Shown here piece by piece: positions 39,007 to 48,824 of a DNA stretch of 64,000 bases. The first letter of the stretch is position 1; each line of letters starts with the position of its first letter. The translations under genes were made by a program, and so were the position numbers. Under the pieces are notes generated by a model. The model was not told the DNA's origin. It saw only the letters and a program-made list of their open reading frames with translations, and made no database searches. The stretch covers positions 64,001 through 128,000 of the forward strand of contig JAFGAR010000040.1 of NCBI GenBank assembly GCA_016933575.1. Direction: 5' to 3'. The DNA comes from Candidatus Thorarchaeota archaeon (GTDB taxonomy: Archaea > Asgardarchaeota > Thorarchaeia > Thorarchaeales > Thorarchaeaceae).

Positions 39007-40442
39007 TTGTGAACTTGCTTGATTCTAAGTTTCGCGAGAATCTATCCAAACGTCTAATCTCTGTTGTTGGTGAAGAACATGTGATGACCCAAGAGACCGA
39101 TCGTGTGTTGAATGCTCATGATGCTTGGCCTTTGAGTGAAGCAAAACTTCGCGCTGGAGAATTGCTACCTCTTGCTGATATTGTAGTCTTTCCAGCAACA
39201 AGCAAAGAGGTTTCTGAGATACTTAGAATTGCTAACGAACTAGAAGTACCCGTCACTCCTATTGGAGGTGGTGCTGGTACTTGTGGTGGAACATTGGCAA
39301 TCTATGGTGGAATTCAGTTAGACTTGAAGCGAATGTGTAAGATCTATGATATTGATCATCAGTCAATGACAATCCGCGTTCAAGCGGGAGTTGTAGGAAT
39401 AGATCTTGAGGAAGAAGTGAATAGACATGGATACACTCTTGGTCATACACCAACTTCACTTCGTGCATCCAATATTGGAGGATTTATTGCCACGCGTTCA
39501 GGTGGTTCAATGTCATCGCTCTATGGTAAGATAGAAGACCTAACTCTTGGACTTGAAGTTGTCTTGCCAAATGGGTCCATCGTTGAGTGTAAATCTGTAC
39601 CACGCCATTCCGTCGGTCCTGATTTACGCCAATTGTTTATTGGTTGCGAGGGGACATTAGGTGTTATTACCGAAGCAACACTCAGGCTGTTTCTAATCCC
39701 TGAGGTCAGACGATTCAGAAGCTTCTCATTTCCTGATGTGCATAGTGGTCTAGAAGCAATCCGCAATATATTCCGGATTGAGATTAAACCATCTATCGTT
39801 CGACTCTACGATCCAGAAGATGCAGCAATGAGTTTCTCGATGCAATTTGAGTTTGGGGACGGTCATTGTGTTTTACTTCTTGGATTTGATGGTGATATCA
39901 CACACGTTGAACTCGATGAGAAGGAGGCAGTCAAAATCTGTCTGGAACAGGGTGGAATCGATTTGGGTGAAGGCCCCTCAAAACGTTGGTGGGAGCATCG
40001 TTATGACATGTACTATCCCTCACGCCTAACAACCTCTGGCTATGCCATTGGTGATACGATTGACATCGTTGCTACCTATGATAAACTTGAGAATGTGTAC
40101 CATGCTATGAAAGAAGCAATGGAGGCAAATGAAGTCATAGTGATGTCCCACTTTTCACATATGTATCAGAATGGCGGAAGTATCTACATGATTTTCTTTA
40201 GCTCCCAACCGGATGCGGAAACCGCATGGGCCGTATACAAGAAGGTCTGGGATGATGGAGTTTCTGCATGCCTTCGGGAAGGTGGGACTATGAGTCATCA
40301 ACATGGTGTGGGCCTTTCAAGAAGCACATATACCGAAGATGAATTGGGATCAGCCTTTCAGGTTCTACAAGACATTAAGTCAGTGCTTGATCCTAAGGGA
40401 ATAATGAATCCCGGGAAATTGGGCTTGGGGGTGCGAGAATGA
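39003..40442 (+). CDS. FAD-linked oxidoreductase, alkyl-dihydroxyacetonephosphate synthase-like
   Basis: PCMH-type FAD domain; GHTP, SSLYGKIED, GCEGTLGV, HFSH.Y..G.SIY, SHQHGVG, MNPGK. Confidence 0.8.
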   Translation: MIVNLLDSKFRENLSKRLISVVGEEHVMTQETDRVLNAHDAWPLSEAKLRAGELLPLADIVVFPATSKEVSEILRIANELEVPVTPIGGGAGTCGGTLAIYGGIQLDLKRMCKIYDIDHQSMTIRVQAGVVGIDLEEEVNRHGYTLGHTPTSLRASNIGGFIATRSGGSMSSLYGKIEDLTLGLEVVLPNGSIVECKSVPRHSVGPDLRQLFIGCEGTLGVITEATLRLFLIPEVRRFRSFSFPDVHSGLEAIRNIFRIEIKPSIVRLYDPEDAAMSFSMQFEFGDGHCVLLLGFDGDITHVELDEKEAVKICLEQGGIDLGEGPSKRWWEHRYDMYYPSRLTTSGYAIGDTIDIVATYDKLENVYHAMKEAMEANEVIVMSHFSHMYQNGGSIYMIFFSSQPDAETAWAVYKKVWDDGVSACLREGGTMSHQHGVGLSRSTYTEDELGSAFQVLQDIKSVLDPKGIMNPGKLGLGVRE

Positions 40443-41563
40443 TTTTTGATGAGACCCTTGCTGAGCAGATTAGGATGTGTGCTGCTTGTCCTAAGATGTG
40501 TCGTCATGTCTGTCCTACATTTTTTGCTTGGCGTTCTGACTCTCCAACACCTCATGGTAGAGCACTATTGCTACATCAAGAACAAGTGGGTACGCGTGAA
40601 CTTGATACCAGAGCTATTGAAGTCCTATATCAGTGTCTTGAATGTAGCCATTGTCTTACATTCTGCAAACCTGAAATTGACATTGCCAATCTAGTGGAAG
40701 AACGACGCAAGAGTATTGTTACTGAAGGTCGGAGACCCACTGGATTGAATGAATTGGCATTTACGATAGACAAATATCACAATCCATACTCTGAATCACA
40801 TGAATCCCGAAATGATTGGTTACAGACAAACACAACTGGCAGCAAGCATCTGTTTTATTTCACAGGATGCACAGCAGCATATCGTGAGAAGGAGATTGCT
40901 CGTGATACCGTGGAATTACTACAGTCAATTGGATATGCTGTAGAAACCTCGCCAGGTGAGTGGTGTTGCGGCTCTCCTTTACTTCGTACTGGAGATGTGG
41001 AATTGGGTCTTGAACTTGGCCGCCATAATGTCGATATATTGAATCAGATTGCTTCAGATGAAATCGTTGTCACATGTCCTGGCTGCTATCGTGTTTTGAC
41101 GCAGGATTATCCAAATCTGGGATTAGAGTTGAAGAAGTTTGTTAAACACATTAGCCAGATTCTAGTTGAGCAATTGGATAATTTACCAGAAGGCGATTTC
41201 AGTGAGACAATCACATATCATGATCCCTGCCATCTTGGGCGACACTGCGATATCTATGATGAACCTCGAAGTGTTATCACGAAGATTTCTGGGAAACCGA
41301 TTGTTGAAATGGAGCGGTCTCGAGATAATGCCATGTGTTGTGGGAATGGGGCAGGACTCAGGACACTTTTCCCGGAAAAAGCAAAGAAGATTGGTACTGA
41401 ACGTGCACATCAAGCAAAAAGTATTGGAGCTGACATCTTAGTTACTTCATGTCCATTTTGCAAAAATATGCTTCAATCCCAGTCTGATGATAATCTGCAA
41501 GTTATCGATTTACCTGAACTGGCACTAATGGCAAAAAGAGGCCGCAAGGTCAATATAGATTAA
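40439..41563 (+). CDS. Fe-S CCG-domain oxidoreductase subunit
   Basis: CAACPKMCRHVCP, CLECSHC...C, CCG twice, HDPCHLGR. Confidence 0.85.
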   Translation: MIFDETLAEQIRMCAACPKMCRHVCPTFFAWRSDSPTPHGRALLLHQEQVGTRELDTRAIEVLYQCLECSHCLTFCKPEIDIANLVEERRKSIVTEGRRPTGLNELAFTIDKYHNPYSESHESRNDWLQTNTTGSKHLFYFTGCTAAYREKEIARDTVELLQSIGYAVETSPGEWCCGSPLLRTGDVELGLELGRHNVDILNQIASDEIVVTCPGCYRVLTQDYPNLGLELKKFVKHISQILVEQLDNLPEGDFSETITYHDPCHLGRHCDIYDEPRSVITKISGKPIVEMERSRDNAMCCGNGAGLRTLFPEKAKKIGTERAHQAKSIGADILVTSCPFCKNMLQSQSDDNLQVIDLPELALMAKRGRKVNID

Positions 41564-41592
41564 GGAAAAACACGAGGCTATTGGGAACCATA

Positions 41593-42714
41593 ATGGATGC
41601 AGAAGAAATACTTCACCTAAAGATCCGGCTTCTCACCGAAGGTGCTACATTGCCTGAGAGTGAATATGGTGGACGAAAAGGTGGAGCTGGTCCAGTCGGG
41701 GGACGATATTTCCTTTTACCAAATGGTCGTGCTTGTGGCATTCCTATTCGTTCTGGAGAACAAGCGATTCTCTACAATTCTGCACCCCTAATACCCACAG
41801 AGAATCCAGCTGTCTGGCTCTACGATGGCATTATAGAGTTGCAAGCAATACCCCGACCAAGATTCTATGATTTGAAAACACCTGATGGAATTCCCTATTA
41901 TCAGATAGCATTACTCCATGGAGATCGGACTCTTGCAACTACTGTCTATCAATCTTGCAGATACTGGTCACATGGAACACAATGCAAATTCTGCACAATT
42001 CCCTTGTCTTATCGATCGGGCGACACAGTTCTAGAGAAGAATCCCCGGAATATAGCTGATGTTGTCTTAGCTGCAGAGCAAGAAGGGGTCATTGATAATG
42101 TACTACTAACAACTGGCACTCCTGAGTCCGAAGATATGGGTATTGAGCGGCTGATTCGAGTAATTGAGGCAATCCGAGAAATCAGCCAGATTCCGATAGG
42201 AGTCCAATTTGAACCTCCTATAGACAAGAACGAAATACATGCAGTTTCTAATGCTGGTGCCACTGCGGTTGGAATGCATATTGAGACTGCTGATGATGCA
42301 GTTAGAGAGGAGATTTGTCCTGGCAAGTTTCAATATGGTCCATTAGACCTGTATAAACTGAGTTGGCAATACGCTCTCGATTACTTTCCTAAAGGACATG
42401 TCAGCACTTTCATTCTCCATGGATTAGGTGAAGACTTGGAGAAAACATTGAGCTTGATTAGAGAATTGGCTGATGTTGGTATTATGCCTGTTGTCACTCC
42501 TGTAAGGCCATCTCATGGCAGTCAATTAGCCAATTTTAAACCTACATATGTTGGAAAACTCAATGAGACCTTGTCATTTTATCAAGAAGTGGGGAAAATA
42601 CTATTTGACTCAGGTCTAAATCCTGAAGCGACACTGGCGGGTTGTCACAGATGTGGGGGATGTACTCCAATTCAAGAAGCCTATGATTGGGCTGCTTCCA
42701 TCGAAACCTTGTGA
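41593..42714 (+). CDS. Radical SAM protein, MSMEG_0568-like family
   Basis: LATTVYQSC-x8-CKFC, N-terminal RKGGAGP, C-terminal GCHRCGGC. Confidence 0.75.
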   Translation: MDAEEILHLKIRLLTEGATLPESEYGGRKGGAGPVGGRYFLLPNGRACGIPIRSGEQAILYNSAPLIPTENPAVWLYDGIIELQAIPRPRFYDLKTPDGIPYYQIALLHGDRTLATTVYQSCRYWSHGTQCKFCTIPLSYRSGDTVLEKNPRNIADVVLAAEQEGVIDNVLLTTGTPESEDMGIERLIRVIEAIREISQIPIGVQFEPPIDKNEIHAVSNAGATAVGMHIETADDAVREEICPGKFQYGPLDLYKLSWQYALDYFPKGHVSTFILHGLGEDLEKTLSLIRELADVGIMPVVTPVRPSHGSQLANFKPTYVGKLNETLSFYQEVGKILFDSGLNPEATLAGCHRCGGCTPIQEAYDWAASIETL

Positions 42715-42770
42715 TTCTTAACATTACCCTAGGAGTTATAGCATGGTATGAAGAAGGAGTCTTGACCGTC

Positions 42771-43256
42771 ATGTCCGAATTACCTGCTGAAGAAATTCGA
42801 GTGATAGAATTCACAGAGGCTGACGCTGAAGAGATTTCAGAGTTGTTCAAACAAGTATGGCCTCTTGCACTCGAGTATCCTGAACATTGGCGAAAGAAAC
42901 GGATGTACTCTCCAGAGCAGGTAATCGATGACATGCACAATGGTTACCATTATTTTGGAAGTCGTCTGCAAGGGAGAATTGTAGGTCTCTACAAGGCGCG
43001 AATCACTGACGAAGGTCTCTTTGGTGAACATCAGACTGTGCGTCCAGAGTGCAGAAGCACAGGCCTTGCATCAGCTATGTATATTCAATTTGCAGAATAC
43101 GGTCGAGCTCATGGTTGTATACGGAATTACTGCAACATTCTTGTTGGCCAAGAAATTGGTGAAAAACTCATGAAAAAATATGGGTTCAAACCTTGGGGTG
43201 AACCATATGAACAGGCTGAAGGAATGTTTGTCCAGAGATACGAGCGACTATTGTAG
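42771..43256 (+). CDS. GNAT-family acetyltransferase
   Basis: VRPECRSTGLAS, KKYGF. Confidence 0.8.
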   Translation: MSELPAEEIRVIEFTEADAEEISELFKQVWPLALEYPEHWRKKRMYSPEQVIDDMHNGYHYFGSRLQGRIVGLYKARITDEGLFGEHQTVRPECRSTGLASAMYIQFAEYGRAHGCIRNYCNILVGQEIGEKLMKKYGFKPWGEPYEQAEGMFVQRYERLL

Positions 43257-43336
43257 GATCAATTCAGAGTCACTCCGAAAGACCTTTAGAGACGACTTAA
43301 TGCCCAATCGTCGTCTAACAATCTCGGGGAATAAGT

Positions 43337-45001
43337 ATGGAAGTCTTCCCAATTCTTGTTGATGGTCATGAGATAGATACTGGCAAGTACACAATCTTTC
43401 CAGATATGGAAAAGGTCACTCAGGATCCGGGTTTAGCGATTGCATTGCAGATGCAGAGTGCCTCTACATTCTCAAAGTTTGCTTTTTCGAAAATTCCTGG
43501 GATGATTCCAGCCAACTCTCCAGATATGCGATTTGTCAGAGACTTTAGGAAATATCATGGAGTCCCAAAGTATTCCAAAGATGAGCTTGATGAAGTCGCC
43601 TTTGCAAAAGTATCTGTAGCCAGAGAAGAAGATATCAATCGTGCCCTGAGTGCTGGTATCCGTGACCACAAGAAATTGTTCAATCCTTTCAAGTTACCAG
43701 ATATGGGTGTGACAATAGAGGAACGCGCTGATGCTCTTTACGAAGCTGGCCTTGCACTCAAGAAGAGCTGGGAAGCAGTCAGAGACATATCGATTAAAGA
43801 AGGAGTGCCTCTTGGTACATTGAAATGGACTTGGGAGCTCTTTGAGCCATCTGCATACCGTAAATCTGTTGATGAATGGGGACGACTTCTAGATGTTATT
43901 GAGAATCCCGGTCTCGATGGTGGCCGGAATTACAGATTTAGAGAACCCTATGGTATCTCCTGTCTATTTACACCATACAATTCGCCTATTGCTCTGGGAA
44001 TATTATCAATAACTTCCTCTATTTTAGCAGGGAATTCCACGATATTGAAGCCTCCAAACAAGGTTCCTCTAAGCACCATTTTACTTGGACGTATCTACAT
44101 GAAGACCTTTCTTGAACGAGGATTGCCTTCTTCTCTCTTACAGCTTCTTACTGGCGGTGGCAAGAGGATGATGAATCGTTTCATGGCCGACTCTCGAGTC
44201 GGAGCTATTGTCTGGTACGGAGATAGTGACACTGGCATTGAGTTATGGTCAACAGCCATAACGAAAAGAATTCAGATGGCTCCTGAACTTGCAGGAAGTG
44301 ATGCTTGTCTTGTCTGGGGAAATGATGTGGATTTGGAGCGAGCTGCAGATATCATTGTTAGGGGGCGCTACCTTGGAAGTGGGCAGGCGTGTATGGCAGT
44401 AAAACGACTACTTGTTCAGGAGTCTCTTCATGATGAATTGGTTAGGCTATTAGTCGAAGAGTCTGAGAAACTCAAAGTTGGACTACCTTCAGATCCTGAT
44501 GTCACTCTTCCCCCGGTTGGTTTTACTGCACTGTATCTGTTAGTTGATCAAATTGAAGATGCTCTTGCCAAAGGCGCAAAAATTCAGACTGGAGGATACA
44601 GAGTCAATTATCTTGACGACCCTGATCCTGCTGGAATGTTTTACAAACCAACCGTCCTGACAAACATCTCTTTGGATATGCGATTGATGAAGGAAGAAGT
44701 ATTTGCTCCAGCATTGCCGGTATATTCGGTAAAGAGTGTCAATCAGGCTCTTGAGATTGCGAATAACTCCCGGTATGGCCTTAGGTCCTCAATTATCACT
44801 GATGACATTAAAATCCGTCAGCAATGGATAAAGGAGATTCAATCTGCTGGCGTGGGAACTGGCGATGACCATGTATACTATGATCCATATATGCCCCATC
44901 TTGGAGGGTACAAAGATTCTGGGATTATTGGTGGAAAATATTTCACTGAGATGCTTACTCGAATGAAGTATGTACATACTGGTCCTGATACAGGCATATA
45001 G
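43337..45001 (+). CDS. Aldehyde dehydrogenase family protein
   Basis: PYNSP, ELAGSD, GQACMA, EEVFAP, YGL. Confidence 0.88.
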   Translation: MEVFPILVDGHEIDTGKYTIFPDMEKVTQDPGLAIALQMQSASTFSKFAFSKIPGMIPANSPDMRFVRDFRKYHGVPKYSKDELDEVAFAKVSVAREEDINRALSAGIRDHKKLFNPFKLPDMGVTIEERADALYEAGLALKKSWEAVRDISIKEGVPLGTLKWTWELFEPSAYRKSVDEWGRLLDVIENPGLDGGRNYRFREPYGISCLFTPYNSPIALGILSITSSILAGNSTILKPPNKVPLSTILLGRIYMKTFLERGLPSSLLQLLTGGGKRMMNRFMADSRVGAIVWYGDSDTGIELWSTAITKRIQMAPELAGSDACLVWGNDVDLERAADIIVRGRYLGSGQACMAVKRLLVQESLHDELVRLLVEESEKLKVGLPSDPDVTLPPVGFTALYLLVDQIEDALAKGAKIQTGGYRVNYLDDPDPAGMFYKPTVLTNISLDMRLMKEEVFAPALPVYSVKSVNQALEIANNSRYGLRSSIITDDIKIRQQWIKEIQSAGVGTGDDHVYYDPYMPHLGGYKDSGIIGGKYFTEMLTRMKYVHTGPDTGI

Positions 45002-45060
45002 TAGAAACAGAGCATGGAATACTTCATTTGCATCTCACTCCTTATCAAGAGTGATATTCG

Positions 45061-46392
45061 ATGAGAAATTCACCTCGAAATACAAGAGATCTTCCGGACC
45101 CAAGGATTCGTCAGGAGGCACTTGAAGCACTAGCTAAATATCAGGACTCATCAATATCTATGAAACGCATTCTGCGTGAAATGCGCACTGAATCCGTTAC
45201 TGATCAATTATTTGCCCAAGAAACTCTTGCACTTGGTGTTATTAGATATCTCAACACAATTGATTTTCTTATAGCAAGGTCTCTGGGAAGAAAAAGAATC
45301 ACAGGTCTGACAATTGACCAGCGGAATATCCTGCGTCTTGCCATTTATGAAGTACGATGGTTAAAGATGAAATTGGACCCAAGCTATTCTCAGCAACTAG
45401 GCAGTTCCCTATTGAGAGTTTTAGACAAGGCTCTCAACATAAATTTGGATTCTATACTAACCAGATTTGAACGAATAAATCAGCTGAGTCTTGAATACTC
45501 CCATCCAACTTTCATCGTAGAAACACTATTGGAACATCTCGAAGAAAAAGAAACTATCGCACTACTCTCAGAAAATAACTCAAATCGTACTCACTATATT
45601 CGTTTCAACAAACTTAGGTCCAATTCTGAAGACAATCTCCAACGAATAATGGATGCAGGTATCAAATTGGTCTCTGACAAGGATATTCCAGATGTCTATC
45701 AAATCGTGTCTGGTCTTGATTTACTTGTTAGTTCGAGGTATTTCACCAATGGTGATATTTTGATTCACGATAAGGCTAGTATTCTTGCAGTTGAAGCATT
45801 GTCACCAAATCCTGAAGACACCGTGTGGGATTCCTGTGCAGCTCCAGGAATGAAGACACAGCTAATTTCTGAAAAATTACAGAATACGGGCCATATCGTT
45901 GCTTCAGATATCTATTCAGATCGTGTAAGGGCTGCAAAAAAGAGATCCCATTCTTTAGGTCTACTAAATGACTCTTGGATACAAGCTGATGCTTGTAAGG
46001 CAAAAATCGAAGGTGCTACTAAGATTCTCATTGATGCTCCTTGCACTTCAACTGGAATGATTCAGGGTCATCCCTCTTTCAAATGGCGTCTGAATAAAGA
46101 TACACTCATGTCAATTATGTCTGTTCAGAATAAGATTCTTGATGGAATTTTGAATAGTTACAAAAATGAGCCTGGAACAGAAATCGTGTATGCTACCTGC
46201 TCTATTTTGCCTCATGAAGGCGAGTCGCAAATTGATTCAGCTATGAGTCGACATGATATACAACTGATAGATCCCAAAATACCAGCAAGTTCTGGCTATA
46301 CTGGTTTCAAATGTTCTCAAAGAGTCCGAAGACTTTTTCCACATAAGCACGCAACAAGTGGATTCTTCATTGCAAAGATGAGAATCAATTGA
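45061..46392 (+). CDS. RsmB/NOP2-type RNA cytosine-C5 methyltransferase with NusB-like N-terminus
   Basis: DSCAAPGMKT, DAPCTSTG, YATCS. Confidence 0.9.
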   Translation: MRNSPRNTRDLPDPRIRQEALEALAKYQDSSISMKRILREMRTESVTDQLFAQETLALGVIRYLNTIDFLIARSLGRKRITGLTIDQRNILRLAIYEVRWLKMKLDPSYSQQLGSSLLRVLDKALNINLDSILTRFERINQLSLEYSHPTFIVETLLEHLEEKETIALLSENNSNRTHYIRFNKLRSNSEDNLQRIMDAGIKLVSDKDIPDVYQIVSGLDLLVSSRYFTNGDILIHDKASILAVEALSPNPEDTVWDSCAAPGMKTQLISEKLQNTGHIVASDIYSDRVRAAKKRSHSLGLLNDSWIQADACKAKIEGATKILIDAPCTSTGMIQGHPSFKWRLNKDTLMSIMSVQNKILDGILNSYKNEPGTEIVYATCSILPHEGESQIDSAMSRHDIQLIDPKIPASSGYTGFKCSQRVRRLFPHKHATSGFFIAKMRIN

Positions 46393-46395
46393 ATC

Positions 46396-47337
46396 CTAGG
46401 CGCTGATCCTTCTTTCTACAGATTCCATTACGCGTCTTGCAAACTCTCGATCATCTTTGAATGACCAAGGAATCTTAAGGAATAATTTCTTAGCGCTTAC
46501 CAACATATCCTGATCTCGGCTTACAAGAATCTTGAAAATCATCTTTGTCCATTCAAAACAAGGATGCTCGTGAAATACTTGACTAGTTTCACGTTTTGAG
46601 GCGATGTCAGTGAGATATGCAATACCCTCTTTTGGTTTACCAAGCATTAAGTCCGAAAGTGCACCCATGCATGCGAGGATCACTGCATTCTTTGTCATTC
46701 CTGATTCAATGTAGGACTTTGCTCCGTCTTTGTATTCTCCTGCTTTTTTCTCGTATAGCGCGTGTCCATGACTAATGATTAGGTCTCTCGTATCATCAGA
46801 ATCAGCTTTCTTTAGCGATACACCTCCCATAACTGCAGCTTTTAGCTCAGCTTGCATATCTGTTAGTGGAGCGGATTGGTTCAATTTACGCATTTTCTCG
46901 ATAATGCTATTCCCAGATTTCACCAGTGTTTGTTTAACAGCAGGATTGTTGAGAGAGATGTCCTTTTTCTGGAGACCATTCTCGTAGGCATTTCTAGCAG
47001 CTCGAAAGAAATCATACGCTCTCTCTGTAAGGTCGTTTTTGTTTGCAAAATTTATCGCTTTCACATAAGCCATAATTGCATTGTCTGTTTCGCCTAAGTT
47101 CTCAAATTGCGATGCTGCCTCAACTAACCACGGAAATGCATCAGTACTATTGGTATCTACCGCTTCCTGTCCTCTTGAGAGAGAGCTATAGGCATCAACG
47201 CAGATTGTTGCAATGTCAGGTTGCTTACACTTCACAGAAATTTCTGTTTTTGGTAACGCAACACCTCTGAGCCTGCACATACTTGCTCCAGTTTCTTCTC
47301 TAATCCCTAACCATGTGCATTTCTCGACCCCTGACAA
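46396..47337 (-). CDS. Hypothetical helical-repeat (SNAP/TPR-like) protein with an N-terminal four-Cys cluster
   Basis: EAASQFENLGETDNAIMAYVKAINFA...AYDFFRAARNAYE. Confidence 0.7.
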   Translation of the reverse strand: MSGVEKCTWLGIREETGASMCRLRGVALPKTEISVKCKQPDIATICVDAYSSLSRGQEAVDTNSTDAFPWLVEAASQFENLGETDNAIMAYVKAINFANKNDLTERAYDFFRAARNAYENGLQKKDISLNNPAVKQTLVKSGNSIIEKMRKLNQSAPLTDMQAELKAAVMGGVSLKKADSDDTRDLIISHGHALYEKKAGEYKDGAKSYIESGMTKNAVILACMGALSDLMLGKPKEGIAYLTDIASKRETSQVFHEHPCFEWTKMIFKILVSRDQDMLVSAKKLFLKIPWSFKDDREFARRVMESVERRISA

Positions 47338-47455
47338 TTGAAATCACTCCAATCTTCAACATCATTCTTCACGCTGAGGTTTAAAAAAGAAACCCTTGTT
47401 GTATCGTTACCTTTAACTATGTACAAAATCCGGACTTTTTTTCGAGGTTCTCGCA

Positions 47456-47863
47456 CTGACAGATGATGATGATGAGCTTGCATTGTTAAGACGGAAAAAA
47501 ATGGCTCAGCTAGTCGCTCGGGAGAAGCAATTACAAGAAACCCGAGAGCATCAGGATAAGGTCTCTGTGGAGCGTGAGAAACTTCTCAAGCGATTTTTAG
47601 ATAATGAAGCATTGACCTATTTGGACGCTCTTAAGAAGAACGAACCTGCTATTGGAAACAGAATACAAGAGATTCTTCTCTATCTAATCGTCTATAGAGG
47701 GATTCGGCAGACAATAACTCAAATCGATGTAAGATATATTGAACGTCAAATCAAAGGTGAGGGACCAAAGATACGTGTGCAACGAGATGGCGAAACTTCT
47801 GATTTCGGATCTTATGTTCGTGATGCGATTAAAGACAGTAGTGATAAGAATAACGCGGATTAG
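47456..47863 (+). CDS. PDCD5/DUF122-like DNA-binding protein (probable CTG start)
   Basis: MTDDDDELALLRRKKMAQL matches the family N-terminus; L..EA..YL..LK..P; SD GAGGT 7 nt before CTG 47456. Confidence 0.7.
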   Translation: MTDDDDELALLRRKKMAQLVAREKQLQETREHQDKVSVEREKLLKRFLDNEALTYLDALKKNEPAIGNRIQEILLYLIVYRGIRQTITQIDVRYIERQIKGEGPKIRVQRDGETSDFGSYVRDAIKDSSDKNNAD

Positions 47864-48762
47864 GCAAGTGCTTGTGCTCTCCCTTTCCAATCTCTGATAG
47901 TGTACCTCAATTCTTCCAAGTTACTTGGTTGTTTGCGCCATGAATCTGCAGTGCGTCGCATTTGAAAAATCAGTGCTCCTCCTCTTGCCATTTTTTGCTC
48001 AAGTATTTCTACTGCAGTTTCTATCGCTCTGATAATACTTGAAGAATCATCGGTCTTCCCAACGAATTCTTCTAGTTGGAAAAATATATCCGATGGTTCA
48101 AGTAGTTTCCACTCCTCTTTGGGAACTTTCAATTCTCTGTATTTTCCTGCAGGAAAGACAGTATTCCCATCCTTGATCTCGACTTCTCCTGCTGTCTGCA
48201 GATCTTCAACATACTTGAGTGCTTGGGTCATATCAGTTACTAGAGTTGAAGCTATCTCTTCAAGACGAATCGATTTTCTCGCTAGAACCATATTGAGGAT
48301 TCTATACTTCGGGTCTCCAAATTCTAGCAGTATTTCTTTAAGACGATCTCGTGAACCCTCTTCATCATTCAATATAGCTGTTGCAGCCTTAGAGAATGCC
48401 TGCAAATCAGTTCGTAGTCGTTCTATGGTCATTTGAGCCAGAGTCAGCTCATCTTTGAGAGAGGTTGTTTCTCCTCCTGGTTTCTTCTTGGCGAGTAATT
48501 GTGTTTGTTCAGATTTGATTTCTTGTATCTCCCTACCCACAGTATCCAATGCGCCTTTTGTCTTAGCAAGTTCGGACTTCAGCATCTGGATTTCAGATTC
48601 TCTCTCTACTATTGTAGATTCTAATTCTGAGACCTGACTTCCAAGTTGGTTTGCTCTTCGTTGAGATCCAGTCAATTGTGCCTGTAAGGCTTCCATCTTC
48701 TGATTAAGGGATACTATTTGCACAGTCTTCTCCCTGAGTCTTTCGTTGACATCATCTGACAT
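47860..48762 (-). CDS. Coiled coil + winged helix + C-terminal helical domain protein
   Basis: Long heptad region; DPKYRIL..LEEIA..L...GEVEI wHTH. Confidence 0.72.
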   Translation of the reverse strand: MSDDVNERLREKTVQIVSLNQKMEALQAQLTGSQRRANQLGSQVSELESTIVERESEIQMLKSELAKTKGALDTVGREIQEIKSEQTQLLAKKKPGGETTSLKDELTLAQMTIERLRTDLQAFSKAATAILNDEEGSRDRLKEILLEFGDPKYRILNMVLARKSIRLEEIASTLVTDMTQALKYVEDLQTAGEVEIKDGNTVFPAGKYRELKVPKEEWKLLEPSDIFFQLEEFVGKTDDSSSIIRAIETAVEILEQKMARGGALIFQMRRTADSWRKQPSNLEELRYTIRDWKGRAQALA

Positions 48763-48824
48763 AATCGGTCCCATCGCAAGTCCATAACCATCGATAATTA
48801 AAGGAGTCTCGTCTGGATACACGC

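Noticed and set aside
47462-47473. (GAT)4 microsatellite
   Set aside because: Encodes the Asp run at the PDCD5-like N-terminus
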